A DNA stretch of 64,000 nucleotides from Crocinitomicaceae bacterium (GCA_044348665.1 JBIKSI010000001.1:19784-83783), one strand, 5' to 3'. Counted from the first letter of the stretch, positions 9,885 through 20,543 are shown. The notes: a model not told the origin generated them from the sequence alone. A program made the numbers and translations.

Positions 9885-10421
9885 ATGGCAGAAAAGATAA
9901 TATATGCAATGTATGACGATGACGATGTACTTAAAGATAGTGCAAAAGTCTTAGTTGCAAAAGGAATTAAAGTAGCTGAAGTTTTTTCACCATTCCCAAT
10001 TCACGGGATTGATCCTATCATTGGTGTGAAAAATACTCGTTTAGGAATTATGGCTTTCTTATATGGTATTACAGGTACCATGATTGCTACACTTGGAATG
10101 CGTTATTTCATGATTGTGGATTGGCCAATGAATATTGGTGGTAAACCAAATTTTACTTACCTTGATAATATTCTTGCTTTTATTCCAGTAACATTTGAGT
10201 TTACAGTACTTTGTGCTGCTCACGGAATGGCGATTACTTATTTGTTGAGAAATAAGACTTTACCAGGAATGATTGCTTCAAATCCAGATCCTAGAACCAC
10301 AGATGATAAATTCGTTATGGAATTAAGAATGTCTGAAAATTCGAAATTCACAAGTGAAGAAATTCATGAATTGTTGAATTCTACTGGGGTTAGTGAAATA
10401 GATCAAAAAGAAGTTAAATAG
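9885..10421 (+). CDS. actD: Alternative complex III subunit ActD (DUF3341-type membrane protein)
   Basis: 178 aa. The N-terminal soluble part (IYAMYDDDDVLKDSAKVLVAKGIKV) is followed by two TM helices. Operon position fits actD. Confidence 0.75.
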   Translation: MAEKIIYAMYDDDDVLKDSAKVLVAKGIKVAEVFSPFPIHGIDPIIGVKNTRLGIMAFLYGITGTMIATLGMRYFMIVDWPMNIGGKPNFTYLDNILAFIPVTFEFTVLCAAHGMAITYLLRNKTLPGMIASNPDPRTTDDKFVMELRMSENSKFTSEEIHELLNSTGVSEIDQKEVK

Positions 10422-10457
10422 TTTGTCTTTGGACAACATAGATAATTTATCGAAACG

Positions 10458-11228
10458 ATGAATAAAATTGTAAAAATAGTAGGAAAAGTATCATTGGTAT
10501 TAGCAGTAGGATTTGCATTTGAATCTTGTTCTTCTAATCCTGATAGCGCTGGATTAGAATACATGCCAGATATGTATCGTTCTCCTGCAATTGAGCCATA
10601 TGTTGATTATGGTGAAGTGAGAGGAAGGCTTAATGCTGATATCTCTAATCAACAATCTGCAATGACTCCTCCGAGTAATACCATTCCATTTTATGGTACT
10701 GACAAGGAAAATGTAATGATGATGTTACCATATCATCGTTTACCAGCGCCTGCATTTGCAACTACGCATGGTTTGTTTGGTTGGAATTTTACATCAAATA
10801 CTGAAGTAGATTACGAATACAATCAAGCATTGAATGATAAAAACCCTTTAAAATTAACTGCAGAGAATTCTGAAGAGATGTTTAAGAAAGGTAAAGAATT
10901 ATACGCTGCAAATTGTATGCATTGTCATGGAGAAAAAGGTGATGGAAACGGACCGATGGTTGCTAGTGGCGCATACAGTGGTGTTCCTGCTTATGCTGAC
11001 CGCACTGCACTAGGGGATGGTCAAATGTTCTACTCTATTTATTATGGAAAAGGGGCAATGGGTTCTCATGCATCGATGGTTAATAAAAAAGAAATTTGGA
11101 CCTTAGTTCACTACATTCGTAAATTTCAAAATGCAGCTTACGGAACGTTTGATGCAAATGGTTTAAGTGCAGTGTCAAATTCAAGTGATACAACGAAAGT
11201 TGTGGCACCAGTTACTCCAAAAAAATAA
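10458..11228 (+). CDS. actE: Alternative complex III subunit ActE, monohaem cytochrome c lipoprotein
   Basis: Lipobox AFESC, a single CMHCH haem motif and a downstream Met-rich segment. Operon position fits actE. Confidence 0.8.
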   Translation: MNKIVKIVGKVSLVLAVGFAFESCSSNPDSAGLEYMPDMYRSPAIEPYVDYGEVRGRLNADISNQQSAMTPPSNTIPFYGTDKENVMMMLPYHRLPAPAFATTHGLFGWNFTSNTEVDYEYNQALNDKNPLKLTAENSEEMFKKGKELYAANCMHCHGEKGDGNGPMVASGAYSGVPAYADRTALGDGQMFYSIYYGKGAMGSHASMVNKKEIWTLVHYIRKFQNAAYGTFDANGLSAVSNSSDTTKVVAPVTPKK

Positions 11229-11246
11229 CAAGAAACATAGTTAACA

Positions 11247-12443
11247 ATGGAATTTAAAATTACAAAAAAAGCAAATCTGTTTACTATTGTCTTAATGGCA
11301 GTTGGTTTGCTATTTACAGGTATTGGTATCGCTCTAGAGTTCGGTCATGATCATGGTCATCATCTTGGTCAGCGTGTTCTTGGTAACATGTTAATCAATA
11401 GTTTCTTTTTCTTTGCAATTGGTTTAGGTGCATTATTCTTTTTAGCGCTTCAATATGCTACTGAAACTGGTTGGTATGCTTCTGTTAAAAGAGTTATTGA
11501 GGCTTTAACAGGTTATTTGCCTGTTGGAATCATTATGATGTTGGTTACATTATTAATAATAACTTTGATGGATGGAGCACACATCTATATTTGGATGGAC
11601 TCTGAGGTGGTAAATCACGATCCAATTATTGCTGGTAAAGCAGGATACTTAAATAAAATGTTTTTTTGGATTAGAACAATTGTTTATTTGGCTACCTATT
11701 TCATTTTTTGGAGAGGTTTCAAAAAACGTTCTTTATTAGAAGATGAAGTTGGTGGTACAGATATTCACTTTGCTAATTACAAAAAAGGTGCCTTATTTTT
11801 GGTTTTCTTTGCGGTATTTAGTTCTACTTCTGCTTGGGATTGGATTATGTCAATTGATGTTCACTGGTTCTCAACTTTATTTGGTTGGTATGTATTCGCT
11901 GGAATGTGGTGCTCAACTATGATTGTGTTAGTAACTTTAACTCTTTATTTAAAAAAACAAGGTTATTTACCAAATGTTAACGAAAGTCATATTCATGATA
12001 TCGGTAAGTGGACGTTTGCTACCTCTTTCTTATGGTCTTATTTGTGGTTTTCTCAGTTCATGTTGATTTGGTACGCAAATATTCCTGAAGAAACTACTTA
12101 TTATCTAACACGTATTAAAGATTTTCAATTTCTATATTTTGGAATGTTCTTGATTAACTTTGCCTTCCCAATGGTATTGTTGATGTCAAGAGATGCTAAA
12201 AGACATGCTGGTATTCTTAGTTTTGTTGGTGTAGTTGTTTTGTTCGGTCACTGGATGGATGTTTACATCATGATAATGGCTGGTTCAATGGGTCCAAATG
12301 CAAGTATCGGATTTATGGAAATTGGTATGATGCTTTTGGTACTAGGTTTGTTTATCAAAGTCATTTTGACGAACTTAACAAAAGCGCCACTTACAGTAAA
12401 AAATCACCCTTTCTTAGATGAGAGTATTCATCACGAAATTTAA
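11247..12443 (+). CDS. actF: Alternative complex III subunit ActF (second NrfD-related membrane subunit)
   Basis: 398-aa polytopic membrane protein following actE, as in characterised act operons. Confidence 0.75.
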   Translation: MEFKITKKANLFTIVLMAVGLLFTGIGIALEFGHDHGHHLGQRVLGNMLINSFFFFAIGLGALFFLALQYATETGWYASVKRVIEALTGYLPVGIIMMLVTLLIITLMDGAHIYIWMDSEVVNHDPIIAGKAGYLNKMFFWIRTIVYLATYFIFWRGFKKRSLLEDEVGGTDIHFANYKKGALFLVFFAVFSSTSAWDWIMSIDVHWFSTLFGWYVFAGMWCSTMIVLVTLTLYLKKQGYLPNVNESHIHDIGKWTFATSFLWSYLWFSQFMLIWYANIPEETTYYLTRIKDFQFLYFGMFLINFAFPMVLLMSRDAKRHAGILSFVGVVVLFGHWMDVYIMIMAGSMGPNASIGFMEIGMMLLVLGLFIKVILTNLTKAPLTVKNHPFLDESIHHEI

Positions 12444-12475
12444 TAAATAATTATTCATTCTTAGATTAAATTAAA

Positions 12476-13726
12476 ATGAGTTTTAAATTGGTAACATTAA
12501 TCGTCATCGTATTAGGTATAATTGCTGTTGCGCAGCTAGTTAGAGTATACGAGCTTTCATCCAAGTTAAGAAATAGACGTGAGGAAGATATTACAAACAG
12601 AGATAACCGTTTGAATGGTAATTTGATGCTTGTTTTCATGTTCTTGTTCTACATTGGATTTATTTATCTAATGTTGACTTATGGTTGGACAGGTAGGGGA
12701 GATGCTGCTTCGGTTCATGGAGTTGAAACAGACTGGTTGTTGGATTTGAATTTTGTAATCATAACAATTGTATTTTTCTTAACTAATACATTGTTGTTTT
12801 ACTTTGCATTCAAATATGTTAGAAAACCAGGTGTTAAGGCATATTGGTATCCTCATAATAATAAATTAGAGTTATTATGGACTGTAGTTCCTGCGGTTGT
12901 TTTGGCTGTTATCATTATCTTAGGTTTAAAAACTTGGAATGATGTTACTGGTGAGTCTAAGAAAGAAGCGATTAAAATTGAGTTGTTTTCAAAACAATTT
13001 GATTGGACAGCTCGTTACTCAGGAGAGGATAACAAATTAGGTTTGTTTGATTATAAAGCTACAACACAAGAAAATGAGTTAGCTTTATTGACTGAGGCTA
13101 CTTTAGATTCAGCAATTCGTTTGATGGAGTATGGTAAGGCTGATGGTTCTGTATTAGGAATTGAGTTACTTGAAAAAAAATTAAACGATCCTAAGTTAAT
13201 TTTTGTTCCTGAGGAAAGAGTTAAAATGGAACAAGATTTGGACCGTAAAACTCGCTTATTAAGAATGTTGGTTCAAATGAAAGCACGCCATAACAAAAAG
13301 AATGATGCTTTAGCTTACGATGATATTATTCAAAAAGACACTTTACATCTTTGTGTTAACAAAGAATATGAAATGACTTTTAGAGCAAAAGACGTAATTC
13401 ACTCTGCATATTTTCCACATTTTAGAGCACAAATGAATACAGTGCCTGGTTTAGTAACAAGACTTAAAGTTACGCCTTCTATTACAACAAAGGAAATGAG
13501 AGAGCGTAAAAAAGATGATAAGTTCAATTATGTATTAATGTGTAACAAAATTTGTGGTGGTGCACATTATAAAATGAAAATGATTGTAGTAGTTGATTCA
13601 CCTGCTGAATACAAGGCTTGGATGAAAACAAAAACTACTTTTAAAGATCAGTTTTTGGCAGCACCAGTTGCACCAGTAGAAACTACTGGTACTCCGGCTG
13701 ATACTACAGTTGTTGCAGTAAAATAA
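12476..13726 (+). CDS. coxB: Cytochrome c oxidase subunit II (CuA subunit, with no C-terminal cytochrome c domain)
   Basis: Two N-terminal TM helices. Cupredoxin region with HSAYFPHFRAQMNTVPG and the CuA-type ligand string CNKICGGAHYKM (C-x3-C-x3-H-x2-M). Confidence 0.85.
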   Translation: MSFKLVTLIVIVLGIIAVAQLVRVYELSSKLRNRREEDITNRDNRLNGNLMLVFMFLFYIGFIYLMLTYGWTGRGDAASVHGVETDWLLDLNFVIITIVFFLTNTLLFYFAFKYVRKPGVKAYWYPHNNKLELLWTVVPAVVLAVIIILGLKTWNDVTGESKKEAIKIELFSKQFDWTARYSGEDNKLGLFDYKATTQENELALLTEATLDSAIRLMEYGKADGSVLGIELLEKKLNDPKLIFVPEERVKMEQDLDRKTRLLRMLVQMKARHNKKNDALAYDDIIQKDTLHLCVNKEYEMTFRAKDVIHSAYFPHFRAQMNTVPGLVTRLKVTPSITTKEMRERKKDDKFNYVLMCNKICGGAHYKMKMIVVVDSPAEYKAWMKTKTTFKDQFLAAPVAPVETTGTPADTTVVAVK

Positions 13727-13753
13727 TTATTAATCTTAAATAAACAATAATAA

Positions 13754-15571
13754 ATGGGAGCTTTAGCACACGAAGCACACGGTCATCACGGAGATCACCA
13801 TCATCATGAACACCACGATGAAGGTTTTGTATCAAAGTATATCTTTAGTATGGACCACAAGATGATTAGTAAACAGTATCTTTTGACTGCTGTTTTCATG
13901 GGTCTTGTAGCTATGTTATTATCTATTTTGTTCAGAATTCAATTGGCTTGGCCAGGAGAGAGTTCTGACTTCTTAAGCATGTTTTTAGGTGAAACTTGGG
14001 CACCAGGTGGAGTTTTAAAAGAAAATATGTATTTAGGATTGGTTACAATTCATGGTACAATCATGGTATTCTTCTTGTTAACAGGAGGTTTATCTGGAAC
14101 TTTTTCTAATCTTTTGATACCATTTCAAATTGGTGCACGAGATATGGCTTCAGGCTTCTTGAACATGCTTTCTTATTGGATGTTCTTTTTGTCATCAACG
14201 ATCATGTTGTTTTCTTTGTTTATTGAAACTGGACCTGCCATGGCTGGATGGACAATCTATCCTCCATTATCAGCATTGCCGCAAGCAGTTGAGGGTTCTG
14301 GATTAGGTATGACATTGTGGTTGGTTTCAATGGCTATTTTCATAGCATCTTCATTACTTGGTTCATTAAACTACATCGTTACCGTCTTAAATTTAAGAAC
14401 GAAAGGAATGTCAATGACAAGATTGCCTTTAACTATTTGGGCGTTCTTTGTAACAGCTATTTTAGGTGTTTTATCTTTCCCAGTTTTATTGTCGGCAGCA
14501 TTATTGTTGTTGATGGATAGATCTGCTGGAACAAGTTTTTACCTCTCTGATATCATCGTTGGTGGTGAAATGTTGGAAAACCATGGTGGTTCTCCTTTAT
14601 TGTATCAGCATTTATTTTGGTTCTTAGGTCACCCTGAGGTTTACATCGTATTGTTACCTGCTTTAGGATTGTCTTCTGAGATTATCGCAACAAATTCAAG
14701 AAAACCTATTTTTGGATACCGAGCAATGATTGGATCTATTTTAGCAATTGGTTTCCTTTCCTTTATTGTTTGGGGTCACCACATGTTTGTTACAGGTATG
14801 AATCCTTTTATTGGTAGTGTCTTTGTATTTACAACATTGTTAATTGCAATTCCGTCTGCTGTTAAGGTATTTAACTACTTAACAACATTGTGGAAAGGTA
14901 GTTTGGTGTTAACTCCAGCAATGATGTTTGCAATCGGTTTGGTTTCAACTTTCATTACAGGTGGTGTAACAGGAATTATCCTAGCGGATTCTGCGTTAGA
15001 TATTGCTGTGCATGATACTTATTTCGTTGTTGCTCACTTCCACATTGTAATGGGTATGTCAGCAGTTTTCGGAATGTTCGCTGGTGTGTATCATTGGTTC
15101 CCAAAAATGTTTGGTAGAATGATGAATACACGTTTGGGATACGCTCACTTTTGGGTTACGATTGTTGGTGCTTATGGGGTGTTTTTCCCAATGCACTTTG
15201 TCGGCTTAGCTGGCGCACCGAGAAGATATTATGATTATTCAGTGTATGGTGAATTTGATTCAAGTTCTTTTGAAATGATCATGGATTTGAATGTGATTGT
15301 GACTGTTTTTGCTATCATAGCAGCAATTGGTCAAGGTTTCTTCTTGTTTAATTTCTTCTACAGTATATATAGAGGGCCTGTTGCAGTTGAAAATCCTTGG
15401 AAATCTAATACCTTGGAATGGACTACTCCAGTTGAACATATTCATGGAAACTGGCCAAGTGCTATTCCAGAAGTACATAGATGGCCTTATGATTATTCTA
15501 AGCCAGGATATGAAGAAGATTACGTAACTCAAATCGTTCCTTTAAGAGAGGGTGAGGAAGAAGGACATTAA
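13754..15571 (+). CDS. ctaD: Cytochrome c oxidase subunit I
   Basis: Classical haem-copper oxidase blocks: GTIMVFF, WFLGHPEVYIVLLPALG, VWGHHMFVTGM and DTYFVVAHFHIVM. 605 aa with a His-rich N-terminus. Confidence 0.95.
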   Translation: MGALAHEAHGHHGDHHHHEHHDEGFVSKYIFSMDHKMISKQYLLTAVFMGLVAMLLSILFRIQLAWPGESSDFLSMFLGETWAPGGVLKENMYLGLVTIHGTIMVFFLLTGGLSGTFSNLLIPFQIGARDMASGFLNMLSYWMFFLSSTIMLFSLFIETGPAMAGWTIYPPLSALPQAVEGSGLGMTLWLVSMAIFIASSLLGSLNYIVTVLNLRTKGMSMTRLPLTIWAFFVTAILGVLSFPVLLSAALLLLMDRSAGTSFYLSDIIVGGEMLENHGGSPLLYQHLFWFLGHPEVYIVLLPALGLSSEIIATNSRKPIFGYRAMIGSILAIGFLSFIVWGHHMFVTGMNPFIGSVFVFTTLLIAIPSAVKVFNYLTTLWKGSLVLTPAMMFAIGLVSTFITGGVTGIILADSALDIAVHDTYFVVAHFHIVMGMSAVFGMFAGVYHWFPKMFGRMMNTRLGYAHFWVTIVGAYGVFFPMHFVGLAGAPRRYYDYSVYGEFDSSSFEMIMDLNVIVTVFAIIAAIGQGFFLFNFFYSIYRGPVAVENPWKSNTLEWTTPVEHIHGNWPSAIPEVHRWPYDYSKPGYEEDYVTQIVPLREGEEEGH

Positions 15572-15595
15572 AATATAGATATTTTATATTTTTTT

Positions 15596-15630
15596 AAAAG
15601 GACTGAATAATTTCAGTCCTTTTTCTTTTT
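15596..15630 (+). terminator. Rho-independent terminator closing the act-cox operon
   Basis: AAAAGGACTGAA-TAAT-TTCAGTCCTTTTTCTTTTT: perfect 8-bp GC-containing stem extendable by A:T pairs, 4-nt loop and a T-run. Starts 25 nt after the ctaD stop. Confidence 0.85.
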
Positions 15631-15659
15631 GTAATTATTTAATTGTTTAATGCTTTTTG

Positions 15660-15667
15660 TATCTTTG
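15660..15667 (+). promoter_or_regulatory. Candidate -7 box (TATCTTTG) for ruvB
   Basis: TAnnTTTG match just after the terminator. It lies inside the ORF-track version of ruvB (start 15643), which argues for the GTG start at 15682. Confidence 0.5.
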
Positions 15668-15681
15668 AAAAAAATTCTAAC

Positions 15682-16707
15682 GTGGAAGAAGAATCATTTG
15701 ATTATCGAAAAGAAGTAGAGGAAAATTCAGACAAAGAGTATGATAAGGTCTTACGACCAAAAATGTTATCAGACTTTGCAGGTCAAAAAAGTGTTGTTGA
15801 GAATTTGGAAGTTTTTGTTCAAGCAGCGAAACAGCGTAATGAGCCTTTAGATCATGTTTTATTACATGGTCCTCCAGGATTAGGTAAAACTACTTTAGGT
15901 AATATTATAGCAAATGAATTGGGTGTTGGAATCAAGATAACAAGTGGTCCGGTTCTGGACAAACCAGGTGATTTGGCGGGCCTGTTAACAAATCTTGATA
16001 AAGGAGACGTTTTGTTTATTGATGAAATTCATCGTTTAAGCCCCGTTATTGAAGAATATTTATATTCAGCAATGGAAGACTATGTAATTGATATTTTAAT
16101 TGATAGTGGTCCAAATGCGAGAACTATTCAAATTGCATTAAATCCGTTTACATTAATTGGTGCTACCACAAGATCTGGTTTATTGACCTCGCCATTGCGT
16201 GCTCGTTTTGGAATAAACTCACGTTTACAATATTATGATTCTAAAACATTAACTCTAATTGTTCAACGTTCCTCTGATTTATTGGGGATTCCTATTGATG
16301 ATGAAGCCGCTTATTCCATTGCAAGTAGAAGTAGGGGTACACCCAGAATTGCAAATGCCTTGCTAAGAAGGGTTAGAGATTTTGCTCAAATTAAAGGAAA
16401 TGGTTCAATTGATTTGGCAATAACCAATTATGGCTTAGATGCACTCAATGTAGATGCTTATGGTTTGGATGAAATGGATAATCGAATTCTTAAAGCCATC
16501 ATTGATAAGTTTTCTGGTGGTCCAGTCGGTTTAACGACTATTGCAACTGCGATCGGTGAAAATGCTGGAACCTTAGAGGAAGTCTATGAACCTTTCTTAA
16601 TTCAAGAAGGATTCTTAATTCGAACACAACGTGGTAGAAAAGCAACTGAAAAAGCTTACAAACATTTAGGTTTTGATTTAGGTTTTGTGCAGGGAGGCTT
16701 GTTTTAA
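15682..16707 (+). CDS. ruvB: Holliday junction branch-migration helicase RuvB
   Basis: [12 protein letters not shown], Walker [11 protein letters not shown], Walker [10 protein letters not shown] and [21 protein letters not shown] at 15682 gives 341 aa, a typical length. The alternative TTG at 15643 overlaps the putative promoter. Confidence 0.9.
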   Translation: MEEESFDYRKEVEENSDKEYDKVLRPKMLSDFAGQKSVVENLEVFVQAAKQRNEPLDHVLLHGPPGLGKTTLGNIIANELGVGIKITSGPVLDKPGDLAGLLTNLDKGDVLFIDEIHRLSPVIEEYLYSAMEDYVIDILIDSGPNARTIQIALNPFTLIGATTRSGLLTSPLRARFGINSRLQYYDSKTLTLIVQRSSDLLGIPIDDEAAYSIASRSRGTPRIANALLRRVRDFAQIKGNGSIDLAITNYGLDALNVDAYGLDEMDNRILKAIIDKFSGGPVGLTTIATAIGENAGTLEEVYEPFLIQEGFLIRTQRGRKATEKAYKHLGFDLGFVQGGLF

Positions 16708-16717
16708 TTTTTCTTAA

Positions 16718-18784
16718 CTAAAGTAATTTAGCCTTTTCTTGATAATATTGATACAATTCTACTTGTGCATTATGTATTTCACCACTTATTTGAGGCCTAA
16801 ATTTGTTTCTTTGTTTTTTATCAACAATTCTGGCTTTTACGTTATCATTCCATTGTTTATCAAAAAGAAACTGGATGTTTTCTTGAAGATTTTTACTTTG
16901 AATAGGCACGGCAACCTCGATTCTACGGTCAAGATTTCGTTCCATGATATCTGCTGACGTTAAAAAATATTTGGAATTATTTTCGCTATGGAAAATCATA
17001 AAACGGGTATGCTCCAGATAACGACTAACAATACTGATCACTTCAATATTTTCACTTTTATGTTTTATTCCAGGCACCAAACAACAAACACCTCTTATGA
17101 TTAATTGAATTTTAACTCCAGCTTTACTTGCTTCATATAATTTTTCAATTAACTTTATATCCACAAGGTTATTTAATTTCATTTGAATTAATCCATGTCC
17201 GCCTTTTTTAACAGTATTAATTTCCTGTTGAATCATTGCAGAAATCCTCCTTCTATTGTTGAAAGGCGATACCATTAAATGTGTAAAGTGTGTATTTTCA
17301 CTCATGTTTTCTAATAGACGAAACACTCGTTTAACCTCATTGGAAATACTAACTCGTGATGTTAATAGTGCCATATCTGTATAAACACGTGCTGTTTTTT
17401 CGTGAAAATTACCAGTACCCACATAACTTATTAATTGTTCTTTGCCTTTATAAATTCTACTTATTTGAAATAATTTTGAATGCACTTTAAGGTCTTTGTA
17501 TCCATAAACTACTTTAGCACCGTGTTCCCTTAATCTTTCTGCCCAATTAATATTATTTTCCTCGTCAAAACGTGCTTTAAGTTCAAATACAACGACTACT
17601 TCCTTCCCATTAGATACTGCGTTCATCAATGCATTTAGAACTTGTGAATCTTGTGTTACTCTGTAGATGTTGATTTTAATTGATTTCACGAATGGATCAA
17701 TTGCCGCCTCACGAAGAATATCAACTACGTAGTCAAAGCTCTGGTAGGGAAAATGCAACAAAACATCTTTTTCAAGAATAGTTTTTATTAAACTTTTTTT
17801 ACCTTCCAACTCGTAATGAATTAGGGGTTCTTGTGTTTTGTAAACCAACTCCTTTTTCCCAAAGTCAGGAAATCGACTAAAATCTTTAAAGTTATGGTAT
17901 CGACCTCCCGGAATAGTATTAATTCCGGATTTTAAATTTAATGATTTAAGTAAAAAGTGTTGTAAATCAATCGGCATTTCGTGGTCGAATACAAAACGTA
18001 CTGGTTCACCTTTTTTGCGGTTTTTTAAACTTTTTTCCAATTTTTCTACAAAGGATACAGACAAATCATCATCTAAATTTAGTTCTGCATCTCTGGTAAA
18101 TTTAAAGGTATATGCTTCAATTTTTTCAAAATCAAATATTGGGAAAATTGCTTCTAAATTTAAACGAATTATATCGTCAAGTAAAATAAAGTAGTTTTTT
18201 CCCTCCTCACTCATTCTATAAAAACGAGGATAATTAGAGGGAATTTGAATTAGGGCATAAATAGGTTTATTCGTGGTGTGCATTTTCACCGCAAGGTAGA
18301 TGTTTTTATCTCTTAATTTTGGGAATTTTGCATTCGTTTTTAATATGATAGGAACAATAACGTGTTTCAATTCTTTGTGAAAGTAAGTTATAAGTTCCTT
18401 CTTCTGAATTGCACTAAGATTCGTTTCACGTAATTGAAAAATACCTTCTTTTTCTAATTCTGTAATTAAATTGAAATAACACGACTCGAAATCTTTTTGC
18501 TGTGCAATTACAATTTTTCTAATTTTTTCTAACAACTCTGCTGCTGTGCCTTCAAAACCTTGAATTTCATTTCTTTTTGTAGAAATCATTCGTTTGATGT
18601 TAGCTACACGAACGCGAAAAAATTCATCCATATTGTTCGAATAGATTCCCAAAAAACGAAAACGTTCAATTAAAGGCGTATTAGAATCTTGCGCTTCTTG
18701 AAGAACACGCTCATTGAAACTTAGCCAACTTATTTCTCTATTAATCATAGTTAATTCCAAAGTTGCTAAATTTTTCTTAATCAT
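16718..18784 (-). CDS. ppk1: Polyphosphate kinase 1
   Basis: NREISWLSFNERVLQEA at the N-terminus, HSKLFQI and the duplicated PLD-like C-terminal domains. 688 aa. The start could instead be the second Met, at 18748. Confidence 0.9.
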   Translation of the reverse strand: MIKKNLATLELTMINREISWLSFNERVLQEAQDSNTPLIERFRFLGIYSNNMDEFFRVRVANIKRMISTKRNEIQGFEGTAAELLEKIRKIVIAQQKDFESCYFNLITELEKEGIFQLRETNLSAIQKKELITYFHKELKHVIVPIILKTNAKFPKLRDKNIYLAVKMHTTNKPIYALIQIPSNYPRFYRMSEEGKNYFILLDDIIRLNLEAIFPIFDFEKIEAYTFKFTRDAELNLDDDLSVSFVEKLEKSLKNRKKGEPVRFVFDHEMPIDLQHFLLKSLNLKSGINTIPGGRYHNFKDFSRFPDFGKKELVYKTQEPLIHYELEGKKSLIKTILEKDVLLHFPYQSFDYVVDILREAAIDPFVKSIKINIYRVTQDSQVLNALMNAVSNGKEVVVVFELKARFDEENNINWAERLREHGAKVVYGYKDLKVHSKLFQISRIYKGKEQLISYVGTGNFHEKTARVYTDMALLTSRVSISNEVKRVFRLLENMSENTHFTHLMVSPFNNRRRISAMIQQEINTVKKGGHGLIQMKLNNLVDIKLIEKLYEASKAGVKIQLIIRGVCCLVPGIKHKSENIEVISIVSRYLEHTRFMIFHSENNSKYFLTSADIMERNLDRRIEVAVPIQSKNLQENIQFLFDKQWNDNVKARIVDKKQRNKFRPQISGEIHNAQVELYQYYQEKAKLL

Positions 18785-18924
18785 CGTACATTTTTTTCCA
18801 AATGCAAAGAAAAATGTTTAAAATTAGATGTGTATTAAGAAATTATTAATTTTTAGCATTGTTAAAATATAAATAGAAAAATTCAAACTTTTGCTTTTCA
18901 AAATGGGTATTCTAGAAAAATTTC

Positions 18925-18932
18925 TATCTTTG
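18925..18932 (+). promoter_or_regulatory. Candidate -7 box (TATCTTTG) for the carboxyltransferase gene
   Basis: TAnnTTTG match 20 nt upstream of the ATG at 18953. Confidence 0.5.
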
Positions 18933-18952
18933 TTCCTCACAATTTTAGAACC

Positions 18953-20491
18953 ATGGATTTAAGTCAAGCTTTAATTGAAAAACGCAAACAATCACAATTG
19001 GGTGGTGGACAAGCTCGTATCGATAAGCAACATCAAGGAGGTAAATTAACCGCAAGAGAGAGAATAACCTTGCTTTTAGATGATAATTCTTTCCAAGAAA
19101 TGGGAATGTTTATTCAGCATCGATCAACTTCCTTCGGTTTAGACAAACAAATAATCCCTGGAGATGGAGTTGTGACCGGTTACGGCACAATTCACGGAAG
19201 AATCGTTTATGTTTTTTCACAAGATTTTACGGTTTTAGGTGGTTCACTTTCTGAAACCCATGCAGAAAAAATCTGTAAAATTATGGATTTAGCAATGAAA
19301 AATGGTGCTCCTTTGATTGGTTTGAATGATTCTGGTGGAGCTCGAATTCAAGAAGGTGTTGTTTCTTTGGCAGGATATGCTGATATTTTTTACAGAAATA
19401 CGCGTGCATCTGGGGTGATTCCACAAATTTCAGTGATTATGGGGCCTTGCGCAGGTGGAGCCGTTTATTCTCCAGCTTTAACTGATTTCATTTTCATGGT
19501 AGAAGATACTTCATACATGTTTGTTACTGGTCCAAATGTAGTGAAAACTGTTACGCACGAAGAGGTAACTTCTGAAGATTTAGGTGGAGCAAAAACGCAT
19601 GCGGAGAAATCTGGTGTGAATCATTTTACGGCTTCTAATGATGTAGAATGTTTGAAAAAAGTACGTGATTTCATGACTTTTATGCCACAAAATTACGGTG
19701 AATTAGCGCCAACAACAAAATTTGAATATACTGCTTCTAAAGCGGAAGCAATCAAACACATTTTACCTGTTAACTCAAGTTTACCTTATGACATTCGTCA
19801 AGTGGTTGATTGTGTGATTGATGACAATTCTTTCCGTGAAGTCCAAGAAGATTTTGCGAAAAGTATCGTTGTTGGTTTTGGTCGTTTGGAAGGTCGAACA
19901 ATTGGAATTATTGCCAATCAACCAAATGCGATGGCAGGAGTTTTAGACATTGATTCATCCAGAAAAGGCGCACGATTTGTACGTTTTTGTGATTGCTTCA
20001 ATATTCCATTGTTGGTTTTTGAAGACGTACCAGGTTTTTTGCCAGGAACAGATCAAGAATGGAGAGGAATTATTACGCACGGAGCGAAATTATTGTATGC
20101 TTTTTCAGAAGCAACAGTTCCAAGAATAACCGTAATTACACGTAAAGCTTATGGTGGTGCTTATGATGTAATGAATTCAAAAAATATTGGTGCAGACTTA
20201 AATTTCGCATGGCCAACAGCCGAGATTGCCGTAATGGGTGCAAAAGGTGCAGCAGAAATTATTTTCAAAAAAGAAATTTCAGAAGCAGTAGATTCAGAAG
20301 CAAAATGGAAAGAAAAGGAAGCAGAATATGCTGAAATGTTCGCAAATCCATACAAGGCAGCAGAAAGAGGTTTTGTGGACGATGTAATTTTACCAGAAGA
20401 AACACGTGCGAAATTAATTTTGGCATTTAAATCTTTAGAAAATAAAGCTGAATCTTTACCAAAGAAAAAACACGGGAATATCCCGCTGTGA
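18953..20491 (+). CDS. Acyl-CoA carboxylase carboxyltransferase (beta) subunit, propionyl-CoA carboxylase / methylmalonyl-CoA decarboxylase type
   Basis: [52 protein letters not shown] and [11 protein letters not shown] are hallmark carboxyltransferase blocks. Confidence 0.9.
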   Translation: MDLSQALIEKRKQSQLGGGQARIDKQHQGGKLTARERITLLLDDNSFQEMGMFIQHRSTSFGLDKQIIPGDGVVTGYGTIHGRIVYVFSQDFTVLGGSLSETHAEKICKIMDLAMKNGAPLIGLNDSGGARIQEGVVSLAGYADIFYRNTRASGVIPQISVIMGPCAGGAVYSPALTDFIFMVEDTSYMFVTGPNVVKTVTHEEVTSEDLGGAKTHAEKSGVNHFTASNDVECLKKVRDFMTFMPQNYGELAPTTKFEYTASKAEAIKHILPVNSSLPYDIRQVVDCVIDDNSFREVQEDFAKSIVVGFGRLEGRTIGIIANQPNAMAGVLDIDSSRKGARFVRFCDCFNIPLLVFEDVPGFLPGTDQEWRGIITHGAKLLYAFSEATVPRITVITRKAYGGAYDVMNSKNIGADLNFAWPTAEIAVMGAKGAAEIIFKKEISEAVDSEAKWKEKEAEYAEMFANPYKAAERGFVDDVILPEETRAKLILAFKSLENKAESLPKKKHGNIPL

Positions 20492-20543
20492 TTAGCTTAT
20501 TTTGAAAAACCTTGATTAGCCAATAACCAGAAAACTTAACTTA

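Noticed and set aside
14317-15532. Short ORFs in alternative frames or on the opposite strand within ctaD (14317..14520, 15260..15532, 15327..15527)
   Set aside because: They lie inside the highly conserved subunit I gene. No independent evidence.
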